From: an uncultured Cytophagia bacterium
GTDB taxonomy: Bacteria > Zhuqueibacterota > Zhuqueibacteria > Residuimicrobiales > Residuimicrobiaceae
DNA length: 64,000 nucleotides
Direction: 5' to 3'
NCBI GenBank assembly: GCA_964387285.1
Contig: CAYLWO010000009.1
Coordinates: 31,756-95,755 of the forward strand
The stretch's first letter is position 1. Every line of letters begins with the position of its first letter. The notes beneath the pieces were generated by a model. It was not told the DNA's origin, ran no database searches, and saw only the letters and a list, made by a program, of their open reading frames with translations. Positions 29,742 through 41,200 of this stretch are shown one piece after another. The position numbers and the translations under genes are program-made.

Positions 29742-30944
29742 TCACCGTTGCCTGTCTTTGGCAGGCTGCAGACTCTGCTGCCTCTGTCCATGTCCAGCCG
29801 GCCGTTCCATTTTGGCTACGGCTTTACCGGCCAATTCGTAGGTCCTGGGCGACTCGGCATAAGCGGTCAACAAACGGCAGATCAACTTTTCTGTTACAAA
29901 CCGTTCCATCGGGCCGTTTTTTTCTTCCTCCTTAAAAACCTGACGGAGCATGAATTTCTGCTCTCCCTCGAGCCGGGCGTAGGCCATGGCAGCCTCACGC
30001 TCGCAATCCACCGGCACAGCATGCAAAGCTTTTATATACAGGACCGAGCGCAACAAATAGGCATACATCCTTATCATGGGCAGATAACTGCTGGTCTTCA
30101 ATTGGGGATGATGCGCAAAACAAACCGGTGAAAAAGCAGCAGACCATTCAAACACAGAAGGCGATATGAGATGGTTGACATTGCGGATTTTGACATGAAA
30201 ACGATCTTCAATGACATGCAACATGCGGCAGAATTCCGGATAGCGGTTCTCCTTTTCCAGTTGCATCGCATAGTCGATCATGGTGTTGGTAATGGGATCC
30301 GAGAAAAAAATAAACTCGCGATCACCCAGTAACGGTTTGAAGAGATCGTAAACAAATTCGGAACAATACAACCTGCGGCAGTCCGGCTGATCGTTATTCA
30401 GTTCAAACTTGCCGTCAAATTGCACACAGCCGCATAAAAGCGAATCAACGCGCTCGCGCAAACGGGCGCCGCTGAACGGAACCGTGCAGCGCATAACCAG
30501 CACCGTCAATACCCGGGAGACCTCGTTGTTAAAAGAAACATCTGTAACCCAGGCAGCCAGGGAATGTTTTTTTATGCAATGCTCCCCCATCTTGACCGCG
30601 TTGTGCGGCTGACAGTCAATCACAAAAACCGAGTCGCCCATTCGTCGCAAGATGCCGACATGAGAATAACCGCCTAAACTTGAAAAAGAGGTCAACAAAG
30701 AGCTGGCGCCTTCCATCAGCCGCAGTATCACATCGCCGTCGTGCAGTTGCGCGACCGGCAGTTGCGACAGAATCGTGCGTTGCTCCTGCGGAGTAAATGT
30801 TCCACTGGACAGCAACTTTTCGTACACTAACGCTTGCTCGTCAAATTGCTTTTTGAACAAGGGATGAGCCTGGTCAGCCGTGTGGCGGCAACAAAACATA
30901 AATAGCAAAGACAACACAAAGGACAAATACCAACGGTTGCGCAT
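29742..30944 (-). CDS. YiiX/YebB-like permuted papain (NlpC/P60) amidase, probable lipoprotein
   Basis: GDVILR, YSHVGI (His), LYCSEFV (Cys) in permuted order; start MRNRWY...FMFCC at 30944. Confidence 0.8.
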   Translation of the reverse strand: MRNRWYLSFVLSLLFMFCCRHTADQAHPLFKKQFDEQALVYEKLLSSGTFTPQEQRTILSQLPVAQLHDGDVILRLMEGASSLLTSFSSLGGYSHVGILRRMGDSVFVIDCQPHNAVKMGEHCIKKHSLAAWVTDVSFNNEVSRVLTVLVMRCTVPFSGARLRERVDSLLCGCVQFDGKFELNNDQPDCRRLYCSEFVYDLFKPLLGDREFIFFSDPITNTMIDYAMQLEKENRYPEFCRMLHVIEDRFHVKIRNVNHLISPSVFEWSAAFSPVCFAHHPQLKTSSYLPMIRMYAYLLRSVLYIKALHAVPVDCEREAAMAYARLEGEQKFMLRQVFKEEEKNGPMERFVTEKLICRLLTAYAESPRTYELAGKAVAKMERPAGHGQRQQSLQPAKDRQR

Positions 30945-31130
30945 TTCTGCTCCTGAACGATTCATTTCAGCCAAGCAAGCGTCCATTAAAAAACTGACCG
31001 GAGCAAACGGCGCTTTGACTAGCATAGAATGGAAAAAGTCTGATCGGTTGTTTTGCTTGTTTTACGATCCGGACTAAGGCAAGTTATTAAAAATTATTGA
31101 AAAAATCCACAGGAATCTCAAGCTCGCTTA

Positions 31131-31198
31131 AATAGAGCGATAGGTGCTCGAAAAATATCCTTGCGAAGGTTTGAGACCTTCGCAAGGATAATGCATTA
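31131..31198 (+). repeat. 68-bp dispersed palindromic element, copy B
   Basis: 7 mismatches in 68 nt versus copy D; its last 3 nt coincide with the TAA stop of the TonB receptor gene. Confidence 0.9.
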
Positions 31199-33466
31199 CA
31201 ACGAAACACTGACGCCCAGCGCAGGCACCAGCGGCAACATATAATACACGTTCCGGCGCATGGTTCCGCCGTCTTGCAAACGCCAATCATAAATATAGAC
31301 ATTGCGGCGATTCAACACATTGATGACATCCAGATAGGTCGTTATTTTTCGCCGGCCCCAGGTTTTTGCATAGGCCAGACGCAAATCCAATCTGGAATAA
31401 TAGGGATAGCGGCTCGAGTTCTTTTCGCCTTTAATAACCTCACTGAACGATGCTCCGTCGCCGTCGACCGCGCCGTACACCGGCGTATAGGGAAAACCGC
31501 TGCCATAGTACCACACCCAGTCCATATGCCAGTGTTTGGACAACCGGGTTTCCAATCCCAGGTTGATCTGGTGGGTTTGATCATATTCAAAATAGATCCA
31601 GGGTGCAGAACCGTTGCGGCGATATTTGGTTTCCGCCAAAGTGTAATTCACCCAAAAACCCCAGCGCTCCTGAGACAGCCGTTGCTTTTGCCAGGAAAAC
31701 TCGATGCCCTGCGACAGACCTTCGCCGTCGTTGGTCGGCAGGAAAGAATAATCTTCTTCATTGACCAGCAAATCGCTGAACTGCTTGCGGTATAATTCAC
31801 ATTTGAGCGAGGTCCGTTCAGACATGCGCCACTGGCCGCCGAGGATGGCATGGGTGGCCTGTTCCGCAGCCAACTCTTCCTGATGTTGCGAGATATCCAT
31901 GGGCTCGCCCCGGCCGATGATGGTCAAAAAATCAGGGAATTGACTGTAACGTCCGTAGCTCAGCCAAAAACTGACCGGCGAAAAGGCAGTCACCAACAAC
32001 TTTATCCGCGGATTAACATGACCCTGCTGGTACAATGTGGAATAATCATAGCGCGTGCCCAGAATCCATTCAAACGATTTTTTCGCTTTAAAGCGCACTT
32101 CGCCATAACCCGCCTCATGCACTCCTTCGGCGTCAAAATCAATTTTCGAAGGCAAATCCAGAGTGTTGCGCCAATCGACATGCCACTCTAAATTGGTGCG
32201 ATGTTGATTCGCTTCCGCGCCGATTTTAAAATGCAGCCAATTGGCCGGATAATAATACAGATCGCTGCGCAGCGATTGACGCGCCAGTTGGTAATTCAAC
32301 TTGACCTGATAACGATAAAAATAGGTGTCGCGAATGTTGATGTCGTTCTGATCCGCATAAGCGCCGAGAAAAAAGTGACCCACCCATTTCGGTGAGAACA
32401 GGGAGGTCAGGCGTACTCCGGCGATCTGTCCTTTGCCGGCATTGAGCAGGTCCAGCTGCTCACTTTCAACGTTAAGCATCTTGGCGCCCTCGCCCAGATG
32501 CGTGTAGAAAGCGGTTAATTTATGCCGGCTGGAAAAATCATAAGCTACTTTGGCATGCATGTCATAATAGAAAGGGAAAACATATTTGCCGCCGGTCAAC
32601 GCGTTGGCAGCCAAATCGTAAAAACTGCGCCGACAGGCAACGAGCCAGGAGCCGCTGCCATTGGCAAGGGGACCTTCGGCCGTTGCCCGCGCCGTCAAGA
32701 CTGTGGCACTGGCGTTGAATTTCACTCCTTCACGACTGCCTTCGCGATTGGCGATTTGCAAAAGCGCGGACATTTTGTTGCCGTGATCCACCTCAAATCC
32801 GGCCGGCGCCAGATCCATGGCCTGCACAATATCCGGATTGACCAGAGAAATGCCGCCGCCCATCATGACCAGCAGACGATTGGGATTGGTCACTTCAATA
32901 CCATCGTATAAAATCAAATTCTGATCCGGACTGCTGCCGCGCACATAGAGTTGCGTGTTCATATCATTGCGATTGACAACGCCGGGCACAGCCTTGAGTG
33001 CACGATAAGCGTCCTCCATGGCGCCGGCGCGTCTATGAATAATGCGCGGTTCAATCATCTCGTGTCCAGCCAAAGAAGCCTGGTACTCAAAATTCGGCGG
33101 CATTCGTTTGGCCGAAACATTCATGTTGGCCATGGGGATGGCTACACGATTCAATTTTACCCGCAAGGCGCGGATGGCTGAAGCCACTTTGACGCGCTGG
33201 ACAATCATTTTGCGATAACCCATCAGGGTGGTCACCAGACTGTACTCGCCTTCAGGCACATCTGTGATTTTAAAATATCCTTTTTCATCCGTAACAGCGC
33301 CCAACCGGGTGTTATCGAGGAATACATTTGCTCCAACCAGGGGTTCGTTGCTGGCCTGGTCCACAACAAAACCGACGACCTTGCTTTGTGCCGTCAAATG
33401 ACTCAAGCTGAACAACAACCCAAATAATATTAAAAAACAAAAAATGCGTCTGTTGCAAAGGAACAT
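31196..33466 (-). CDS. TonB-dependent receptor with N-terminal carboxypeptidase-regulatory-like domain
   Basis: VVDQASNEPLVGANV; plug motifs VPGV, LYVRGSSPDQNLILYDGIEV; barrel motifs GTRYDY, YSRLDLR, YLDVINVLNRRN. Confidence 0.9.
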   Translation of the reverse strand: MFLCNRRIFCFLILFGLLFSLSHLTAQSKVVGFVVDQASNEPLVGANVFLDNTRLGAVTDEKGYFKITDVPEGEYSLVTTLMGYRKMIVQRVKVASAIRALRVKLNRVAIPMANMNVSAKRMPPNFEYQASLAGHEMIEPRIIHRRAGAMEDAYRALKAVPGVVNRNDMNTQLYVRGSSPDQNLILYDGIEVTNPNRLLVMMGGGISLVNPDIVQAMDLAPAGFEVDHGNKMSALLQIANREGSREGVKFNASATVLTARATAEGPLANGSGSWLVACRRSFYDLAANALTGGKYVFPFYYDMHAKVAYDFSSRHKLTAFYTHLGEGAKMLNVESEQLDLLNAGKGQIAGVRLTSLFSPKWVGHFFLGAYADQNDINIRDTYFYRYQVKLNYQLARQSLRSDLYYYPANWLHFKIGAEANQHRTNLEWHVDWRNTLDLPSKIDFDAEGVHEAGYGEVRFKAKKSFEWILGTRYDYSTLYQQGHVNPRIKLLVTAFSPVSFWLSYGRYSQFPDFLTIIGRGEPMDISQHQEELAAEQATHAILGGQWRMSERTSLKCELYRKQFSDLLVNEEDYSFLPTNDGEGLSQGIEFSWQKQRLSQERWGFWVNYTLAETKYRRNGSAPWIYFEYDQTHQINLGLETRLSKHWHMDWVWYYGSGFPYTPVYGAVDGDGASFSEVIKGEKNSSRYPYYSRLDLRLAYAKTWGRRKITTYLDVINVLNRRNVYIYDWRLQDGGTMRRNVYYMLPLVPALGVSVSL

Positions 33467-33713
33467 GTGTTGAATCCTTAATATGCAAAACTGGGATTAT
33501 CCCAAAAGGTTGCAACAGCTGTGCCAATTCTAACAGACTATCCGTTCAAATTTTGGAAAAGTTTTGTAATTCAAAATTTTGTTTTTATAGTATTTATAAA
33601 AAGAGGGCACGGAAGAGACTAAAGTCAAATTTAAAAAACGGCCATAATAAGAAGAAAAATGTATCATGATGAAACAAAAAATTTCCAAAGCGAGAATATA
33701 GTGCAAATACTAA

Positions 33714-33757
33714 TACCACAAGACCTCACAGGTTTTAAAAACCTGTGAGGTCTTGGT
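33714..33757. repeat. REP-like palindrome related to the 68-bp element core
   Basis: AGACCTCACAGGTTTT-AAAAACCTGTGAGGTCT (33721-33753); shares the AGGTT..AACCT core. Confidence 0.75.
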
Positions 33758-33810
33758 CAGCAAGATTTCGCTTTAGAGCTCGACCTCGGTTTAAAAACTA
33801 GAGCCGCACA

Positions 33811-36189
33811 TCAGTCAACTCCGGGGACCAGGTGCAAAGTTTGGGTGACAGCGATTTTTTTAGCTGGATCAAGGGAGAGCGTGATCATTTGTCCTTTGCG
33901 CCAAAGTGAATTTTGATCATGATGATGCTTGCTGAAAGGGTGCCCGCTTTGTCCGGTAAAGAGAACAATCTGATAATCCAAACCGGATAAATCCACAATT
34001 TGACGGACACAAGGGCCGACCAATGCCTGGAATGGTCTGGCATATAAAAAGGTTCCATTGCAGATAGTAAAATTGCCGCCGGCCATGGGAGATTCCGGCA
34101 CGCTAAAAAACCGGCCCAGGGTCGGACGAAAAATGAAAGGATGAAACCCTGTGACCGGGTGCAGGCTGCCCCACCACCATTGTCCGATGTTCGCACTCTT
34201 GAGCGCTTGCAGAGAATCGACGGCGCTAAAAAAACCGGCCGCCAGTATCTCTTTGCAGGTTTCCACCTCCGGCGTGCGACAATCATCAAACCAGGCTGAA
34301 TCCTGTCGGGCCAAGAGTCCGTCGAGCATGGCCACGTTGACGCGCGGCAGGGACAAAAATTTCTGCAGCAGCGGTTCACCCAATTCATCGCCAAGGGTCT
34401 TGCGAAAAACTTGCAGATAGGTCATCTCGTAAATAGCGGCAGCAATACTTTCTGCGGTTTGTTGATAATCCCATCCCTGCAACATTTCTTTGGCATACAA
34501 CTCCGGCGAGTCGGCCGGCGCCGAATATCCGGTCAACGAAGACAACACCAGCGGTACAAACCACGCTGCATGCGGATTGTACACATCGGTCTGCAGCTTT
34601 TGCATATCAGCTGCAGAAACGCGTTTCAGGCTGTCCAATCGCGATACGATGTGTCGATAGCGATAGTTCGGATCCCAGTAACCGGCAATGTCATTCGGCG
34701 GCGCATCGTCGCTCAAGCGGTTGTTCGCGTTGGCCAGACGACCGGACAACGGATCGCTTACCGCCGGCAATTGCAAAAACGGCAAGTCGCCCAGCCAACC
34801 TCGATTATGTAAAGAATCGGGGACCGGCAAGGCGGAAAGGGAAAAAGATCGCACGGGTACTGCGGCGGCTAATTGACGGCCGATATGTCCCTGTCGGTCG
34901 GCATAGAAAAAATTCTCCCCGGGTGTTTTACAGCGCCTCAGCGCATTGCGAAAGTCATACCAATTCGTCGCAGACATAATTTTTTGGAATCCGGTCAACT
35001 CATCGCTGATGGAAAATCCGGTCCATTGCATGGCAGGAGGAAAAGCCGAGCCGGGTTGGGCAGGGCCGGGAAGCAGGGGTCCCCAGAGGGTGGAGCGCAC
35101 CTGTAAAATTTTTTCCCGGCCGTTTTTAACGGCAATGCGTTCTTCTCGTACGGTGAAATCCAGCGCCTGACCGTTATACCGATACTTATGGGGGTCTGCG
35201 CTGTCCGGTTTGATTTGAAAAAAATCGAAATCGTCGATCATGCCGTTCGTCATGCCCCAGGCGATCTTTTCGTTCCTGCCCAGAGCCAGCCCGGGCAATC
35301 CCGGAAAAGCCGCACCAACGGCATGGATGCTCGGCGAGGTTACATGCAGGATATGATACAATGCCGGCGAAGTGAACGGCAGATGAGTGTCGTTAGCCAG
35401 AATAGGCGAACTGTTTTGGGTACGAAATCCGGCAACGACCCAGGCATTGCTGCCCACGCCATTGGCCGAATAGCCCAGAACGGCGTATAAGGCCGACTGC
35501 AGCTGTTGCAGAGACAGGTGGTCCAGGTCTGCGGTGGCCACAGCCGGTGATCGCCATTCCGGCCAGAGCCGTTGTATTTTTTCGGCGCCTACTGCAGCGG
35601 CTATCTCGCCCATGACCGGATCGACATGCCAACCCATACTCAACAGCCAACCGAACAAACGCATGATGGCCACACAATCGCGTGCTTTCCAAAGCCTGGC
35701 CTTTTCCTGCAGCAGAGCAAATTCCAGCGGCGCATGTTTGCTATGCCGTATACAAGCATTGATGCCTGCGACATAAGCATCCAGGGAGCGGCGGGTTTCA
35801 GCAGGCAGCGTCGGCAGTATTTGATCTGCAAGCGACAGCAGTCCCATGGTGCGCGACCATTCATCCAACACCACGGCTTTTTCGCCGAAAAGTTCGGCCA
35901 ATGTTCCAGCGGCAGCGCGTCGAAAGAGTTCCATCTGCCATAAGCGATCTTGCGCTGCACTAAAGCCGCAAGCGAAATAGAGGTCCTCATCCGTTTGACT
36001 GACAATATGCGGAATTCCCCATTGGTCACGACGGATTTCGACCGGTGCTTTCAGGCCGGCCAGCGAATAGACGCCGGACCTTTCCGCTTCAATTCGGTGC
36101 AATGAGAAATAACCGACAACTACCAAAACGACCAGGATGGTCAGGAGGATAAACAGAAAAAGCGGGAGAAATTTACGTAAAAAGTTCAT
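33811..36189 (-). CDS. Penicillin acylase family Ntn-hydrolase
   Basis: VEIRRDQWGIPHI, AQDRLWQMELFRR, GSNAWVV (N-terminal nucleophile Ser), LANDTHL, GQSGHPFSKHHHDQ. Confidence 0.92.
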   Translation of the reverse strand: MNFLRKFLPLFLFILLTILVVLVVVGYFSLHRIEAERSGVYSLAGLKAPVEIRRDQWGIPHIVSQTDEDLYFACGFSAAQDRLWQMELFRRAAAGTLAELFGEKAVVLDEWSRTMGLLSLADQILPTLPAETRRSLDAYVAGINACIRHSKHAPLEFALLQEKARLWKARDCVAIMRLFGWLLSMGWHVDPVMGEIAAAVGAEKIQRLWPEWRSPAVATADLDHLSLQQLQSALYAVLGYSANGVGSNAWVVAGFRTQNSSPILANDTHLPFTSPALYHILHVTSPSIHAVGAAFPGLPGLALGRNEKIAWGMTNGMIDDFDFFQIKPDSADPHKYRYNGQALDFTVREERIAVKNGREKILQVRSTLWGPLLPGPAQPGSAFPPAMQWTGFSISDELTGFQKIMSATNWYDFRNALRRCKTPGENFFYADRQGHIGRQLAAAVPVRSFSLSALPVPDSLHNRGWLGDLPFLQLPAVSDPLSGRLANANNRLSDDAPPNDIAGYWDPNYRYRHIVSRLDSLKRVSAADMQKLQTDVYNPHAAWFVPLVLSSLTGYSAPADSPELYAKEMLQGWDYQQTAESIAAAIYEMTYLQVFRKTLGDELGEPLLQKFLSLPRVNVAMLDGLLARQDSAWFDDCRTPEVETCKEILAAGFFSAVDSLQALKSANIGQWWWGSLHPVTGFHPFIFRPTLGRFFSVPESPMAGGNFTICNGTFLYARPFQALVGPCVRQIVDLSGLDYQIVLFTGQSGHPFSKHHHDQNSLWRKGQMITLSLDPAKKIAVTQTLHLVPGVD

Positions 36190-36707
36190 TAGCGTTTAGG
36201 TTGGCGTTCAACCTGTTGGCGTGACTCCCCTTCGGATTTTTTCGTGTCAGAGCGACGATCAAAATCACGTCGCGGATCTTCTTTCTTTTCGTTTTGTGCA
36301 TCCGGATTGGCATCGTTGGTTTTTTTGCCTAAAGCGGGCGTTGAATAAACGGGCGTGCTCCTGGTGCTGACGCTCGAACCTCCATCATCATTGTTTGGGA
36401 ACCGTTGCCGGAAATCGGCCGGTGCAGGCGATCCATCCTCACCCGGCAGAGAATGGTATTCATCCTGCCACCAGGCGGAGTTATAATAATAATTCCAGCC
36501 GTAACTATTCATTCTCCTGGCCGGTATACTGGCGCTGAAATGCGGATTGCTGCTGTGACAGGAAAGACACGAAGCATCGGCGACAGACTCTGGATTGTCC
36601 GATGGATTTTCCGTGTTATCAGCTACTTGCGGATGCTGCAAAGTCGTGTAGCAACTAAGGCCGCTGAGAAGTAGCACAGTAATAAAAAGACAGAAAAAAC
36701 GTTGCAT
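36189..36707 (-). CDS. Lipoprotein with one CxxCH motif
   Basis: Lipobox LSC-YTTL; CLSCH at 36555-36569; TAATG overlap with the acylase start. Confidence 0.75.
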   Translation of the reverse strand: MQRFFCLFITVLLLSGLSCYTTLQHPQVADNTENPSDNPESVADASCLSCHSSNPHFSASIPARRMNSYGWNYYYNSAWWQDEYHSLPGEDGSPAPADFRQRFPNNDDGGSSVSTRSTPVYSTPALGKKTNDANPDAQNEKKEDPRRDFDRRSDTKKSEGESRQQVERQPKR

Positions 36708-36722
36708 AGGTTTGCATTCTTT

Positions 36723-37607
36723 TCAATTAAACACCGTGGTGTGGTATCCGATTCGCAGGATACGGATGTTATCCCTTTGTCCCTTCGGATCAATCAATAA
36801 ATTTTTTAAATCGAGTTCTATAAACAGATGTTTTTCAAATGTCCAGCGAATCCCGGCGTTGAGATAACCGCGATCGCTCTCCACATCCTGCAGCCGATTA
36901 TCGTTGACAGCCATGTCATATTCCACCAACAAAGCCAGATCTTTGGCCATCTGCACGCAAACGCCCATAAAAAAATTAGGATCCGTATCCCGGTCGCTTT
37001 TTTCCAGACTTCGGTTCACACCCACGTGCAGGTTTACATAGCGAAATTTTTTAAAACTCCTCGAGGCGACGATATAAAGGCCTTTGGACTTTATCGAATA
37101 ACGATTCAACTGATGTTGTGTTTCTGTAAGCGACTTTAAAGAATCGGGATAATCCTCCTGACGCCAATAGTTGCCGTAACCTTGCGTATCAACCCCGATA
37201 ACCAAAGAAAAACTCCTCAAGGATTCCTCTTTCAGCCGATAGGCAAAATGCACGCCCGGAATCCTGCTCCATTGAATGATTTTTTCGCCGATTAAATTAT
37301 CCGCATTATAGGAAACGCCGAACATCATGCGATTGGAGATGCCCACAGAAAGGCGGCCCAGCATGCCGCCTTCTTCATAAAAGCGCAGACTCCCCTTCAT
37401 ATCGCCGGGATGCAGGATGTTGCCGGTCGGCATATCGATCAAATAGATGGGATTGGCAAAATAGTATTCAGGCCCAACATGACTCTGGGGCGAACCGGAT
37501 GACATTTTACGGCGATCCACCTGTCCCCAACCCTCAGGAACGGCAATGAAAAAAAGCAACAGCCCAACCCAAACAAGGGGTGTTCTCCTCATGCGCGGTT
37601 TCCTCAA
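36723..37607 (-). CDS. Probable outer-membrane beta-barrel protein (YjbH-like)
   Basis: Signal peptide; LIDMPTGNIL; alternating strands; YLNAGIRW; terminal region YHTTVFN. Confidence 0.55.
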   Translation of the reverse strand: MRKPRMRRTPLVWVGLLLFFIAVPEGWGQVDRRKMSSGSPQSHVGPEYYFANPIYLIDMPTGNILHPGDMKGSLRFYEEGGMLGRLSVGISNRMMFGVSYNADNLIGEKIIQWSRIPGVHFAYRLKEESLRSFSLVIGVDTQGYGNYWRQEDYPDSLKSLTETQHQLNRYSIKSKGLYIVASRSFKKFRYVNLHVGVNRSLEKSDRDTDPNFFMGVCVQMAKDLALLVEYDMAVNDNRLQDVESDRGYLNAGIRWTFEKHLFIELDLKNLLIDPKGQRDNIRILRIGYHTTVFN

Positions 37608-37659
37608 TTAATCCGGAATAATGTAAGGGTTATCCGGATAAAAGTCAATATGATCCGTA

Positions 37660-38250
37660 TCATGAATGCAAAAAAACCGAAAAGCCGATCCCGATCTGCC
37701 AGAGGGTGCGGGCGCGCGTATACACCTTGCCTGAAGGGAAAAGATAGGCATACTTGAGTCCCACGCGCAGGGTGGTCATATTGCCGAGATTGGTGCGCGT
37801 ATTGATTCCGGCATACATTAATGGTCCGGAATAGTTGACGCCCGGCCTGGCAGGGAAGGAGATGCCGGAGAGCCACATGCCAACGCCCAGAGAACCGAAA
37901 ACACTGGCTGCGGAGCCCAAATCGTATTTCCGGCTTTGAGAAGTTCGCGACACCTTTGGGGTTAAATCGACCAAACGCTTGCCGATTCCGGCCATCAACA
38001 AACCGCCGACTTCAATGGAATCATCGGCAAGGGATACCAAAAAGCTGGGCTCAAATTCTAAAGCATAGTTGCGACTCAGATAGGAGGCAATAATCCAATT
38101 AAGATCCAGTTGACTGTTGCCCTCTACAAATGCGCTGGATCCGGAGCGAAAATAAAAAGAGCCGCCCATTTCCAGTGCGCCGCGCCGTTGTGCCCACCCG
38201 GTTGTTGCCCATATCATGACAAAGAACAGCAATCCGTATTTACACCGCAC
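37660..38250 (-). CDS. Small outer-membrane beta-barrel protein
   Basis: Signal peptide; amphipathic strands; C-terminal WQIGIGFSVF. Confidence 0.65.
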   Translation of the reverse strand: MRCKYGLLFFVMIWATTGWAQRRGALEMGGSFYFRSGSSAFVEGNSQLDLNWIIASYLSRNYALEFEPSFLVSLADDSIEVGGLLMAGIGKRLVDLTPKVSRTSQSRKYDLGSAASVFGSLGVGMWLSGISFPARPGVNYSGPLMYAGINTRTNLGNMTTLRVGLKYAYLFPSGKVYTRARTLWQIGIGFSVFLHS

Positions 38251-38277
38251 ACGACCTCCCTGTTTTCCTCTTATCGG

Positions 38278-41200
38278 TTATTCAATAATTTCGAAATCAG
38301 TGCGGGCGGTGGCGCTTTCACCCGACCGATTATCTTTGATGTTCAACACCAGCTCGTAATCGCCCACCGACAGCTCTTTGATATCGAGAAAGTAGTAATT
38401 GGACTCGTTCATTTTACGGCCGGCGCGTCCATATTGCGCTGCAACCTGCGATTTTTTACCCTCTTTAAACATATCGGTCATTTTATCCAGCAAATTCTTC
38501 TTCTTGTGTTTCTGATTCACACTAAAGTCAATGACGTAATCTGTTCTGCCGTTGGCGCCTAACGTCAGATTGTAAATCTCATAATAGACGAACAACGGAT
38601 CATAGGTGTGATAAATCCTTCGCGGATTCGGCACCATCTCGATATCCTTACGAAAGCGGCCGGCCTGGCTGACCTTGGGTTCGATGTTGTACGCCTGTTT
38701 GAGAGGACTGCAGGACAGTTTATTTTTCAGCGAATCCTTGCAGGAAAAAATATGTTGCCAATAGTACACGCAACGTCCATCCCTGCTCTGCGCGTGCAGA
38801 CGCAACAGATAATCCTTGCGTTGCAACGGCGTCTCGAATTCACCGATGGCGTGTCCGTAAAATCGTTGGAACTGGGATTTGTCCTTTACATTGATGGTGC
38901 GCAAGTTTCGATAAATCAGGTTTTGTCGCTCATCGATCAGCGCGATGCCCACCTCCACCAACGAATCGCCGGGCGTCAGCAATCCGGCCGCCTCCTGCAG
39001 CGGCAGGCTGTAAGACAGCTGCAGCACATCCTGAATATCGGACTCGTGGAAAATATGCAACTCGTGGGCCAAAGGCAGCGTACGACTGCGTTCCGCCACG
39101 GATCGGCGGTCGTGTCGAAAAGAAAACTCGACCTCCTGCAAGCGGCGATTGCGCACATCTTCCAGATAACTCTCGTCATTAGAGTTCTGTAATCGCGTAA
39201 AAGCGGGGTCCCACCCCACCAGATCCGAAAGGATGGCTCTGTCACGAAAACCCGACGTCAACACGTACTGATTATTCGGCATGTACGAGTTATTGACGAA
39301 ATGAAAAATCATTTGCGGCGAGATGTTCGTTTGACGATAGAGCCAGGAGACTGTTTTTTTAATGCTCGAGGTATTGTCCAGGTTCAGATTGTCCGTCACA
39401 TTTTTCAACGCTTCTTCATCAGGTCTGCCGAAGCGCAGATAGATCATGCCGCGATCGCAGAATTTGTCATTATGCGCAAACCAGGGCGGGTATTCGATTT
39501 TCAGCGCGTCCAGATCGCGTTGCGTGCGATGCTGCAATCCGTCATAGCGATAGACTTTCTCCGCATGGATCAAACGCTGATAATGTTCGATTAGCCGGCG
39601 ATTATACTCTGCGGCCGGCGCCGGATCGCGATTCTGCCAAAACTGCTGAAAAGCGAGCTGCAGGGTTTGCGGATCCAGTTCCAGGGACAGCACACCGAAT
39701 TCAGCCTGACTGATGATGGGATAAAAATCCTCCAGAATAAATTGAGCGCTCACCGCATCGCTGATGGAAGCGACGGCCTGCCAATAAGCTGCAGCAGCCT
39801 CGCGCACGCGATCGCCCTGCACCAGCACACGAACTCGGGAGAGGAGCACCGGCTGTACGGGCATGGCGCCGGGATCTTTCAACAGACCGGTAAAGATCGA
39901 ATCAGCTGTTTGGAATTTTCCCTGACGGCGGTACAACTCGCCTAAAAAATACCGATCATAGGGCAGAGTGCTGCCGGCCAGGCGGCTTTCGAGTTCGGAG
40001 GATGCCTCATGGTTTAGCAAAACATCGTACAAACGAAAAAGGCCGACCTTGGCGGCCTGCGCATTTTTATTTTTTGCAATTTGTGTCCTGGCTAAGGCCA
40101 CAGCGCCCCAATAATCATCCCGATATCTTTGCAGGACGGCCCGCTGATAGTACGCATCCTTAAGGGTCGAGTCCAGAGCGATCGCCTTTTTAAAATGATT
40201 GTCCGCCGAAGGCCAGGTTTTGATGCGTGCAATGGTCGGCGCCGACAAGCCGGTTTCACGATCGCAGATGCCAACCAGGTAGTGCAACAGCGCATCCTGT
40301 TGATTTTGTTCCAGAAGCTTCTCACAATAATCGCGAATCTTGTCCAACCGGCCGCGATTTTCAGTGAGAAATTCGTAATTATCAAAACGAACATCGCATT
40401 CCAAAAGGCGGTCCATGATCGGCTGTAACTCGCCGCCGATCGGTAATGAACGTTCCTGGCGAGCATGCTGTTCATCATCCAAAACAGAGGCGGCATCCGG
40501 TTCATAGTCATAGGGAAGGCGATAGGCAAAGGAGAGATAACTCCAGTTATTCAGCACGGCAAATTTAAGCGGTTCGCTGACGATGCCCAAAGAATTGATG
40601 CGCACGGAATCGGCGCCTTGCATGACGACAAAAAACGGATTCAATTTGAGGGTAAGCAAACGCGGATCGCACCCCTTGAGAAGCCGTTTGGCGGTTTTAT
40701 TCGGCTCGTAATTAATGCGGCAACGGTTTTTCAGAGACACCACCCAATCATGAGCGGCTTCATCGGCTCTGGCCCAACCTCGCGCGTTTATCTTTACCGG
40801 ATCCTGGCCGGCTGCCGATGTCGCCGAATCATCCCACAAAGTAAATCCTTCTTCCGGCAACCGATCATGGATCAGCGCTTTTAAAAAATGACGCACAGAG
40901 CCATAGTAGGCAGCCAATCGATTTTGGATCCAGGTTCTTTTTTGCTCGGCGTTTTGCGGCACCAGTTCCGTGAATCGTGTGGTGAACAGTTGCGTGCCGT
41001 TGCCGTAACTGCGATAGCGAAACTGCTTTAGCTGAACGTCGATTTTGTACCCCAGCCATTGGTTTTCCAGCACAAAAAAGTTGACGCCGGTTGCCGCTTG
41101 CAGAATTTTTGTTTTGTCATCATAGCGGAAATCCAGGAGCTCGGGATTTAAAATGCGGCATTGTCCGGCGATGTTCTCGTCGCTGCCGACAAAATACTCC

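Noticed and set aside
33490-33515. ECF-like promoter upstream of the TonB receptor (GCAAC-N16-AGTT, minus strand)
   Set aside because: Both boxes deviate from the GGAAC/CGT pair seen twice elsewhere
29538-33800. Genomic island integrated at tRNA-Asn
   Set aside because: No integrase and no duplicated tRNA 3' end found in the window
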